Part shown: one piece after another, positions 38,146 to 48,806 of the stretch | Position numbering within the stretch: position 1 is the first letter of the stretch | How the letters are laid out: each line of letters opens with the position of its first letter | Source of the DNA: Cyanophora paradoxa CCMP329 | Lineage: Eukaryota; Plantae; Glaucophyta | Assembly: GCA_004431415.1 (NCBI GenBank) | Contig: QPMI01000411.1 | Location: 186,001 to 250,000 of the forward strand | Direction: 5' to 3' | Length of the DNA stretch: 64,000 nt | Notes under the pieces: generated by a model | The model's input: only the letters and a program-made list of their open reading frames with translations | Databases searched by the model: none | What the model was told of the DNA's origin: nothing | Program-made: the position numbers and the translations under genes

Positions 38146-38900
38146 ATGGCGGGTGCTGCCTGGCGCGCCCTGCAGTTCGCCTCGGTGTGCTACGTAGTGC
38201 ACGATCGGGTTGCGATCGTCGCCGAGGTCCGCGCTGCATCGCCGCCCGAGCGCGCCGCTATGACACGCTCGAGCCGCCGGCGACAGGTGCACGGGCCGAG
38301 CATGCAGCCGACGCTGCAGACGGAGGACTGGCTCTTCGTGGACCGCTTCTCGCACCGATGGCCGCGCGAGCGCCCGCACGCCGTCGGCGACGTCGTGTTC
38401 TTCGCGAGCCCCATCGCGGCCAACCGGCTCGTCGTGAAGCGCATCGCCGCCCTCGTGCGCGGCCCGCGGCCGCCTCCAGCGGCGCCTTCCCATGCTTTAG
38501 CCGCAGCCCGGCGATTGGGTCGACCCGAGGAACGGCAACAGCCCCTTCCAGGCCCGCCACGCCGCCCGCCGCCGCCGCCGCCGCGGGAGCTGAGGCGCTG
38601 CGCAGGTCCCCCGGGGCCACGTGTGGATGCTGGGAGACAACCCCGGCATGTCGACGGACTCGCGGGCGTACGGCCCCGTCCCCATGGGCCTCATCCGCGG
38701 CCGCGCCCTCTGCCTGGTCTCCGCCCCCGCCCCGCGCTTCCCTGCGCCCGCGCCGACCGCGCACCGCCGCGCCGCAGCTCAAGCCCGGCGATAGGAGAGG
38801 GCCCATCCCGGGACCGCCCCCGGCGCTCTCCGAAGCGCCACCTCCCCTGGATCCGCCGCCGCCCGCCGCCGCGGCCGCCGCCGCCGGCCCGGCGGCGTGA
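38146..38900 (+). CDS. IMP1: Mitochondrial inner membrane peptidase subunit 1-like (S26 family), 5 exons
   Basis: [10 protein letters not shown] (catalytic Ser), [14 protein letters not shown] (catalytic Lys), [12 protein letters not shown]...[18 protein letters not shown]. Confidence 0.9.
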
Positions 38901-39445
38901 GGCAGCCGAAGGCTCTCCCACGCCATCGTCCTCCCAGCGCCGCAGGCCGCGCCGTCCACTCCGCCCGGGCCGCCTCGGCCGCCGTCCGGTGCGCCCCTGC
39001 GCACGCCGCCGCCGCCGCCGCCGCGCCGCCGCCGCCTCCGGCGCCTCCGGCCGCCCGCTGCAGTTGACCCGCCGCCTCCCGCGCAGCCGCGCGCCACGTC
39101 CGGCCCGCCGCCGCCGCCAACTCGTCCCCCAGATCCTCCACATCACTGCGATGAGTATGATATAATTGTAATACACGATACACATCTGCTGAGTCATGGG
39201 GAGTCGGGGTGGGGGGTGGGGGTGGGGGTGGTGGGGTGGGGTGGGGGGGGGGGGGGTGGGGGGGGGGGGGAGGCAAGAGAAGGAGGAAGATCTGGAGGGC
39301 GGAGACGGGGGGACGCGGCGGAGGGGGCGGGGAGCGCGGGGAGAGGGGAGGGGCGGCTGGGCCAAGGCGGAGCCGCATCCGGGACGAGACAGAAAAGGGG
39401 CGAGAAGGAAGCCGAGGGGACTCGGAACTTGGGGGAGAGGGGCGG

Positions 39446-42400
39446 CTAGGCGAAGCCGAAGCCCTGGGTCTCGCGGATGGCGGTGGCGAGGCAGCGCCGC
39501 AGCTGCTCGCCCGACGCGTAGTGCGGCAGCAGCAGCCGGTGGAAGCACGTCTGCCCCGCGCGCATGCCTCAGCGCGGCTGGGCGCAGGGCAGGTCGGGGG
39601 TGGGAGAAGAGGAAGACCTGGGCGCGGGGGAGGCGGTTGGCGGCGGGGGGTCCCGCCTCCTCGTCGAGGCGGACCGTGAAGCGCGGCTCCAGCGCCCTGC
39701 CGGCCCCGCCCCCGCCGGTGAGCGCTGCGGCGCGGCGCCCGCCCGCAACTCCCCGAGGCGATTGGGACGAAAGCGCGAGTCGGGGGAGCGGACCCGAAGC
39801 CGCCGAGGGGCAGGCGGGAGGAGCCGGTGGCGAACTGGAGCAGGAGGGCGAGGTCCTCCTTGCTCATCGCCCCCACCGCCCGCCAGAACCACTCCACCAC
39901 CCGGTGCCGCGCCGGGCACCTGCGCGCACCGGCGCTCGGAGGGGCGCGGCGGGTGCGGCGGGGGTGGAGGGGGGCGCGGGGGGGCGCGCCCGTCGATGAC
40001 GGTGTTCTTGCGCATGTCCGCCACGTCGATCTTAGGGACCTGCGGGGGCAGGAGCTCGGGCCGGGGCGGGGCGGGGCCGGGGCGGGGCGGGGCGGGCGGA
40101 CGCCGCAGAGGAGCAGCTCGAGCTCGTTGGGGGTCAGCAGCCGCAGCGCGCTCTCCTCCACCATCTGCGAGCGAAGCCCGGGGAGCCTTCGAAGGGGCCG
40201 CGGGCGGGGGCGGGGGGACCTCGAAGAGGCCCCTGCGGACGTAGCGGACGAGGGGCGCGACCCGCCCCTCCACCAGCCACGACGCCAGCAGCGCGCAGTA
40301 CTCTGCGGAGGCCCCCCGCCCCTCGCCCCCGAGGCCCGGCGACGAGCGGGGGCCGGGGCGGAGGCGCGCCCCGCCCCGCGCGCACCGTGCTTGGAGCGGT
40401 CGGTGACGCGGATGCGGCGGCCGCCCTTCTTCAGCTCGACCACATCCAGCAGCTTGCCCCCTGCGCGGCCCGGGCTCCGGGCCGGCCCGAGACGAAGCCG
40501 GGCGGGGCGGGGGCGCACCGGGCCCGTGGAGCTCCTCGGCGAAGGCGAGCTCCTCCAGCCCCGACTCCGCCAGCGCGTGCTCCAGCACGTACCTGCCCGC
40601 GCAGCCAGCCGGCTCGCCGCCCCCCGGCCCCCGAGAGCGGGCGTCGGGCGCACCGGATGCGCCGCTCGTAGGTCTCGGGGTCGTCGCTCTGCCGGGGCGC
40701 GGGCCGGGCGGGAGGGCGGGCGGGGAGGTCAGCGGCGGGGGCGCGCCCCCGCCCGCGGGGCGCCGGGCACCTCGAGGTCGGCGAGGGAGACCGGCACGCC
40801 CAGCAGCATCTGCCAGCGGCCTCAGCGGCGCCCGGTTCGAGGAGGAAGGGAAGGGCGAGGAGAGGCGGCCGCGCCTTGTAGAAGGAGCGGGAGAAGTAGA
40901 GGGCGAGGGGCCGGGGCGCCGCCCCCGCCAGCGTCTCCCGCAGCGCCCGCCCGAGGAAGCGCCCCACGAACGTGTACGTCTCCTCCGCCCCGTGGCTCCC
41001 GGGCAGGATCGAGACCGGGTTCGGGTGCAGCAGCCGCGACCTGCAGCCGGCGGGGGACGGCGAGGGGGGGGGTGAGCGAGCCCCGGGGGGTGCGGGGTCT
41101 CCGGGGGCACGGGTACCGCTCGAAGGGCACGAAGAGGCGGTGGGGCTCGGCGTAAAGCGCCCGCGCGACGGTGTCGAACCAGTCCGCTGTCACGCCTGCG
41201 CGGGCGCGTCAGCGGGGCGGGGCGGGGCGGGGCGCGCAAGGGCAGAGCGGGCACCGCCGGCGTCGACGCCCTCCTCGCCCTCGAAGCGGATGCGGAGCTT
41301 CCTCTTGAAGCGCGCCGCGGAGTGCAGCCTGTGGCCGGCCGGGGCCCGGGGAGGGATCAGGGGAGGGGAAGCGAGCGGCCGGGGGCGCGGGGCGCGCTTC
41401 GATATGGAGTCCTCGAGGACGTGCGTCCTCCGCACCCGCACCCCTACCTGCGCGCGCGAGGGGAGCGGCGTCGGCCGTGGCGGCGGGGGATGGGGTTGGG
41501 GGGACGGGCGGGCCTCCCCGGGGTAGAGGCCGCGGGAGGAGATCGAGGGCACGGGGGGCCCGAAGAGGACGGAGAAGAGCGAGTCGTCCCGCCTGCCCCG
41601 CGCCCCTGCGAGGCGACGAGGAGCACGCTCAACACGGCACGAGAGGGGCGCGGGGAGCCTGAGGGCGGACCGCGGCGCCCGACGGCGTCCTCCTCGTCGC
41701 TCCCGTCCAGCTGCAGCCCGAAGGGACCCTGCCCCGCCCGCCCGCCCCGCGTTCACTTCACCGCCCCACGCCCGCCCGCCCGCCCGCTCGCCTCCTCTCC
41801 CGCCGGCGCACGCGCACCGAGCTGCTCTTGCGCGGGGAGCCCTCCGCGACAATGGCCGCCCTCAGAAGCCGCCGCTTGCCCTCCAGGCTGCGCGCGCCCC
41901 CGGCCGACGTGAGGGGCCTGGCGGACGGGAAGGAGGTGGGGGTGGCGAGGGCGCGCCTCCCCGCGCGCTCGCTGGCGCCGGTCGCGGCGACGAGGCGCCT
42001 GAGCAGGGCGGCCGCCGCGTGGCCCTGCGCGGGCGGGGTTCGCGGGCGGGGAAGGCGGGGAGGAGGGGCCCGGGGGCACGCGGCGCGACGCGCCTCGCCG
42101 GGGTCGGAGCAGCGGAAGGGGACCGGGGGCCACTCCGGGCACCGGACCTCGAAGAGGCCCGGCTCGCCCCCCGGGGCCGCCTCGACGCGCAGGCCGGGCA
42201 GCAGCGGCCACTCGAAGAGGACGCGCGCGCCCAGCAGGAGGAAGGGCGTCGAGAGGGCCACGCCCCGCCGCGAGACCCGCAGCTCCGCCTCCTGCCCGGG
42301 CAAGGGGCGTGAGAAGGGCGGCGCGGGGCAGCGGCGGGCGAGCCCGAAGAAGAAGAAGAAGGGCGGCGCGGGGCCAGGCGGGCCCCTCTAGCGCCGGCGC

Positions 42401-44221
42401 GGCCGTGCGCGTGGCGGGCGGCGGAGTGCAGGCGGACCTGCTCGCCGGGGCGGGGCTTCTCGCGGGGCTGGACGAGGCCGAGGGCGGCGGCGACGCCGGT
42501 GGCCCAGGCGCCCACCTCGCCGGCCAGCGCCAGGCCCCGCGACGATGAGGCCGCCGACGAGGGCCCCACCAGGGACCGCGAGCTCGCCTCGCCGCCCCCG
42601 CCCCCGCCCCCGCTCGGGCGGCCCGTGGTGGTGGAGGAGGAGGCGAAGCCGGCGGCCGCCCAGGGGTCCGAGGCGCCGGCCCCGGAGGAGGAGGAGGGGG
42701 CCCCGGGGCGGGCCTCCGCCTGCCGCGCGATCTCCTCCGCCGCCTCCGCGACCGTATTCACGTACCCCCGCGCCGTCGCCAGGCCCGTCTCCACCGCCCC
42801 CACGAACTGCCGCCGCCGTCGGCCGGGCGGGGGGAGGGGGGGTACGGGGCCCCGCAGCACGCGCCTCATCGATGTTGTACCCCGCGAAGGTCATCTTCTT
42901 CGAGCTGGAGGAGGCGATGATGTGCGCCCGCCGGCCCCGCTCGTCCTTCAATCCGGGCCCTCGTCAGAGGAAGGGGGAGGGGGCGGGTGGTACAAGCCGC
43001 CGACCTCCTCGCGGAGGCCGGCGGCCGCGGCCTGGGCGCCCTCGTCGGGGACGTAGACGGGGTACGTCGCCTCGCCGAGCTGGAGGGCGCGCGCGATCGC
43101 CTCGCGGTGCCGCCCCGCCCGCTGCACTGCCAGCGGGCTGCCCGCGCCCCGCCTCGAGTCAGTAGCGCCTTCTGCGCCGGGCGGGGCGGGGCCGGCGCGC
43201 CTGCCCGAAACCTCGACGCCGGCGAGGGTGACGACGATGGTGTACTCCCCCAGCTCGTCCCCGAGCGGCACGCTCGCCCCGTAGTCGCCCGGCGGGTGCG
43301 CCGAGAAGTCGCGCCCCTGAAGCTCCCGCACCCCGCCGCTGCGCCCCGCCCCGCTCGCCGGCCGAAGGGAAGCACGGGCGGGGCGGGGCGGGGCGGGGCG
43401 GGGCGGGCCTGGGGGAGAAGACGTGGGCGCGGAGCTGCCCGGCGCCGCGCATGGTCGGGTTGCCGTACGCGTCCAGCGCGAAGACCACGAGGCCTGCCCC
43501 GCCTCAGCGCGGAGCCGCGCGGCACGAGGAACGAGGGAGGAGGGGAGAAGGCGGACCGACTTCGCGCTCGTCGCCGACGAGCTCGCCGGCGCCGCCGAAG
43601 AGCTCGACGCTGGTGCGCTGCGGGTCCGGCGGGCCCGGCGCGACGTTCACGACGTGCTGCGCCACCATCTCCCCCCGGTGCAGCACCTCCACCGAGACCT
43701 GCGCCCGGAATGGCCCCCCCGCGCCCCTCGCGTGCTCGAGCGCACCTGGCCGGCGAAGGGCGACCGCACGTGCACGAGCAGGTCCTCGCCCCGCTCCGTG
43801 CTTTTCTCGATGAAGAACTCCACCTCTGACATTGGCCTCCGCGTGTTTGGAAGCGTCTGCAGCGGTCGCACGCGCACGCCGTAGTCCGCAGGCTGCAGGG
43901 GCGTGAGAACGACAGCGCACAAGGCGCCTCCGTGCGTCCGCGCGGCGCGCTTGGCCAGGGAATGCGCACATTGGGCGCAGAAGCGAAGAGCCTGTCGAAC
44001 CAGCCCGACGCGGCTCTATCTGGCTTGCGCCGACGGAGAAGCAGGCCGATCAGGCTCTCGGTGTCGACAGAGTCTAGCGTGAGGAGTCGGCTGTGGAACG
44101 GAAGCTGGGTGGGCGGCAGCTGGGGCGGCGTTGGCTGGGGTGGCGGTATCAAGGGCTGGCCGAAGCCTGGCGGAGCGAAATGCCCCGCAAAGGCCGAAGA
44201 CGAGTGCGCGCTGTACGCCAT
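39446..44221 (-). CDS. AREL1: HECT E3 ubiquitin ligase with filamin/Ig-like repeat, AREL1-like
   Basis: Filamin-like GPPDPQRTSV...ALDAYGNP...GEYTIVVTLAGVEVSGSPL. HECT: LRIRFEGEEGVDAGGVTADWF, DDPETYERRIRYVL, ELAFAEE...VVELKKGG, LLQFATGSSRLPLGGF, AQTCFHRLLLPHY, GFGFA*. One apparent homopolymer frameshift at ~39645. Confidence 0.85.
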
Positions 44222-44862
44222 GTGGCGCTGCTGACGCGACCCCTTCAGTGCACGGTCAACTCTCTCCGGCCGTTGCGCAAGGACGTCGGGGCGGCAATGT
44301 CGGCCGTGCTCTTGGTAGCGCGCTGGTCGCCAAAGGACTTCCTGCAACGCCGGCCCGCTGAACGGTGATGCGGTTTTGCAGTACCCGCCGCGAGGCCTAC
44401 CCACGCACCAGCCTGAGGGCGGCGAGGAGACTGGGGCACAGAAACGAAGAGCGAACGGCAAGCGGAACCAGTTGCGTCGCCTGAGACGGGGCGCGAGCGC
44501 GTCGGTTACAACGCGACGCTGGCACGTCGCGCGCACGAGCGCGGACCCTCAATCGCCCGGTCATTCTCTTGAAAGGCCGGTGCGCGATGCGCACGCCGCC
44601 CCCCTCCGCGCCTGCTGGCTCGCCGGCGCCGGCTGCGCATGCATGCGCTGCTGGCCATGGCCGCGGGCCCGCGGCCCGGGGTCCGCTGCGGGTGCCCGAC
44701 GCATAAACGATGAGCTATCGCAGCTTCTGTATATCTATGAACTGATCTCGGTCCCGCTCCGCAGCCGGCGCGCCGCGGGAGCTGACGCAACCCGCGCCCC
44801 AGCCGCGCCGTCACCGCCACGAGGCCGTCGACGCTCGCGGAGCACGGAGCTTTGGCCGCGGC

Positions 44863-46586
44863 ATGAACTTCCCAAAGAAGCGGAAGCCTCAGGGCGGCGA
44901 TGGGGGGGCACAGCAGCCGCAGAAGAAGAAGCAGAAGCAACCGCAGAATTCGAAGCAGGGGGTGCAGCAAGGCGCGCCCTCCCCTCAGGTCCGCATCCGC
45001 TCGTGCGCCGCCGATTTCCTTCCAGATCCAAATTAAACCGCTCCGCGCTGCTCTGATAACGGGGGCGACCCGCATTCATCGCAGGCCCTCGCCGGGCAGC
45101 TGAACACAGCGCGGCAGCAGCTGAAGGCGGCGCGGCAGCAGCTGCAAGAGAAGCAGGCCGAGCTGCAGGAGGTGCGCGCGCGCGGAGCCGGCCGCCACAC
45201 GCTCCCCCCGCTCAGCAGCGCGGACGCGTCCGCTGCGCACCCGCAGGTCACAGAGAGCCTTCAGCAGGCCGAGAACAGGCGCAAGCTGGTGAATACCCCG
45301 CCGGGCCGCGCCCTCGGATTCGTAATCCACGCCTCGCCACTCCGCAGCACTTCAAGTTGCGAGTGCAAGTGCGCCACCTGCCTTCGCGATCGGAGGCCTC
45401 GCCTCCTGCGAGTTCGCTCTGCCGTGGGCGCTTGCTATAGATGCCTCCAGCGGGCCCGCGACCGCCTCCGATCGCGACCTCGAAGCGAGCTCGACGCTCG
45501 AGCCTCAACTGCGCGCGCGGCGCCGCAGAAGGAGAAGGAGCTCAAGGCGAAGGACGAGGAGCTCGAGGAGAAGGAGGGGCAGCTCCAGGAGAACCAGGAG
45601 GAGATCGACCGGGTCCGCTAGATCGAATCGCCGTTGCAGCGCCGACGCGGTGCTAGCGCTGACCACCACCGCCGGACCCTCGCAGCTCTCGGGCGAGCTG
45701 GATGAAATGGTGAGTAGCGAGCGAGGTGCGCGGCCGGGCGCCGCCGCCGCTGAGAGGCGGTCGGCCGCAGCGGGAGAGGGCGGAAAACGCGGAGGAGGCG
45801 GCGCAGGGGGCGCGGGGGGAGCTGGAGGCAGAGGCGGAGCGCGTGCAGGGCCTCACGAGGCGGCTAGGTGGGGGCGCCCAGCAGCCCTTCCGCGGGCTGC
45901 GCGCGTGACGGCGCGCGGCAGAGATCGTGTCACAAGAGGCGGCGAAGGTGGAGCGCCTGCAGCAGCGCCTCGCGGTGCTCGAAGGCATCGGCGACACGCT
46001 GACCAAGGAGCGCAAGCGCCGCTGGGAGACTAAGGAGAAGGCGGAGGAGGACGCGGAGAAGCACCGCAAGGAGTTCGACAAGGAGCGCGCACTGCGCGCC
46101 GCGCTTGAGGAGAAGCTCGCGGAAGTCAGGCGGACCGCCGAGCAGAGGATGAAGGTCCGCGCATGCGCGTCGCAGGCGCCGGCAGGGCGGGGGCGCGCTA
46201 GCCCTGCAGCTGACGCCGGCGGGCGCGGCGGGGCGCAGGACTTCGAGCTGGAGAAGATAGGCAGGCTGGAGGCGGAGAAGAAGCGGGAGGCGGCAGAGAG
46301 GGTGCGAGACAGGGCGCTGGTGGCGAAGGGGCGGCTGAGGGGCGACGTGGAGAACGCGGATGAGGAGGCGGAGGAGGCGAGGCGGGCGCAGGCGGAGGCG
46401 GAGCGGAAGCGGGCGGAGGCGGAGCGGGACCTGAAGGAGGCGCTGGCGGAGCTCGAGCGCCTGCGCGCGCTGCTCGGCGGAGGGCCGGGGCCGGGGGCGG
46501 GGGCGGGACCCGCGGCCGGCGCCGCCGCGAGAGCTGCGGTGCGCGTGAAGCAGGAGCGGACCAGAGGCAGCTCCGAGACGCAGTAA
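44863..46586 (+). CDS. Uncharacterised coiled-coil protein with basic NLS-like N-terminus
   Basis: MNFPKKRKP...QKKKQK start, then E/K/R/A-rich heptad exons joined by short introns; TAA at 46584-46586. Confidence 0.7.
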
Positions 46587-46889
46587 ACGTATTCTAAATT
46601 ACACAATAACAGTCCGAGACTCCTGCCCGCGACGCCCGGAGGTCCGGGCCGCTCCCAGCCAAGCCCCCAGATCCCCGCGGCCGCGACCGAAGTCCGACGC
46701 GACGCCCAGGGAACGAGCGCGAGGTCTAGGGGATGAGAGCCAGCTGGAGAGGAGTGCCAAGGTTCACAATTGAGAAGAAGAGAGATAGCGGCCAACAGAA
46801 CCGGGTCCGGGGGGAGGCGGGGGGGCCGCAGAACGGGGAGGCTGGGGGAGGGGGGGCCGGGGGTGGGCGCAGGGCGGCTGGCGCCGGCC

Positions 46890-47980
46890 TCAGCGGAGGG
46901 CCATGGCGCCCTTCTTGACCTCCATGAAGTTGACCGTCTTCAGCGACGGCAGGCTCGCCACCTGGCCCCCGCGCGCCCCCGTCGGAGGGCGGCCGGGGGG
47001 TACATGATCAGGGGAGGGGGAACGGCGCGGCGCACGTGCTCGGGCAGCTCGGTGATCGCGTTCTTCTGGTAGTTGAGCGTCGTCAGGCTGTGCATGTTCG
47101 CCATCTACCCCGCGGCGGCCATCGTCACAGGGGGTTACACGATCAGGCGGAAGGGGGCAGGGGTACGGACCTCCGCGGGAAACTCGGCGATGACGTTCTG
47201 CTGGATGTCGAGCTCCTTCAGCTCCTCGAGCTTACCAATCTGGATTTTTTTCGGGGAAGGGGGAGCGTGAGGCTGCTGGGGGACCCTGGGGGGTAGGGGC
47301 GGGGCGGCGGGGTACCTCGGGGGGGAGGGATTCGATCCTGTTGCAGGAGACGTTGAGCTTCTCGAGGTTGGCGAGGTCGCCGATCCAGGGCGGGAGGGCC
47401 CGCAGCTGCGCACCCGCGGCGCCCCCCCCCATTCGATGAGCCGGCGCGGGCCCGGGGGAGCGCGGGCCCCGGAGAAAGAAGGGGAGGGGTACCTGGTTGT
47501 TGCGGAGGTCGAGGACGCGGAGGGCGCGGAGCTCGCGGAGCTCGGGCCCGGCGACTTTGAGCGCCTCCGTCGTCAGCTGGTTCCCGAAGAGCTCCAGCAC
47601 CTCCAGGTTCCGCATCGCGCCCGCCTTCGCCGGCGGCGGGATGCTGCCCCCTCCCCGCGTCACCGCCGCCGAGGCGCGCGCCGCCGGCGGGGCGGCCGGT
47701 CGAGCGGCGCCCGGCACAAGCTCGAGCGGACCTGATGAGGTCGTTGAAGCCGAGCTTGAGCTGCCGGATGTTCTCGGGGCCGGCGCGCTTGATCTTGCCC
47801 TCAGGCCACTCCTTGATGGACTTCGATCCCGCGCCCCCACGCTGCAGCCAGAGAAGTCAGGGCTCCAGCCTAGGAGGCCCGGTGGAGCGAAATTTCCGAA
47901 GTTCACGCCTGGAGGTTCAGTACGCCGGTGTTTGGGTCCCACTGCCCCGGTTTGAAGCCCGAAGAAGACGAGCAGCCCAT
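46890..47980 (-). CDS. Small leucine-rich repeat protein with N-myristoylation/palmitoylation-type start
   Basis: MGCSSSS start. Repeats LEVLELFGNQL, LRVLDLRNNQLRALPPWIGDL, LEKLNVSCNRIESLPPEIGKL, LKELDIQQNVI. TGA at 46890-46892. Confidence 0.85.
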
Positions 47981-48806
47981 GCTGATGTGCGGAGTCGAAA
48001 CCTCCGGGCGGGTGCGCGTCGGGTCGTCGGCTCGACCGGATCCAGCAAGTACGTATACCGATGATCAGCTAAGCTTCTGAACGACGCAGGCGACGCGAAG
48101 TGACGATTGACGCTGACAGGGTGAGGGATCGGAGGTCGCGGCCTGGCACGAACACAGGGCACGCTCGCTCGAGGCTGGCGATCCTGCCGATCACAGTGGC
48201 GCAGTGCTGGGTCCGAGCTAGGACGGCGGGGCCGAGCGGGGCCGCAGCTCTTTGTCGGTTTTTTGCCGTACGATGGTTAGGGGGTAGAAGTTTGAGGCGT
48301 CGACGTACCCGTCGCAAGTCGCGGCTCTTCACGCGTGCAGACGGGCGCGTCGGCGCCTTGACCTCTGCGAAGTCGCGATCGCGCGAGTCGGCGCAGCGGC
48401 GCATGCGCAGGAGCCGCGCCCTTCGAGACCTTGGTGGGGCGCGTACCGGATCAGGCAGCTTGCGCGCGGCCCGGCGGGTCGGCCGGCGGGCTGGACATCT
48501 TGCATTCGCATGCGCAGCGCCCGCGATCGGCTTCCAGCAGCTGCAGCAGACTCGTATCGATAGATCGAGATCCAGATCAGCGTGCGGTCGCTCGCCCGAG
48601 TTTCGAGCGCGTGCCGACGCGCACGTCGACCCATCATCAGCTGCAGCAAACGCGAGACGAGCTTGAGAGCACTCGCTGGCGCGGCGTGGCCCACTCGCGC
48701 GATACTCGGTAGTTGCAAATTGAGTCGGAGCAGCGCTAGCTGCAGCTGCAGCTCGGACGGGGTGTATACGGAGTCGGGCGCCCTGGCCGGCGATCGCGCG
48801 AAGGCA

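Noticed and set aside
39630-39660. Frameshifts as evidence of pseudogenes (HECT here, RRM gene ~59125)
   Set aside because: All fall in G/C homopolymers, and the duplicated copies differ in just such runs, pointing to sequencing error.
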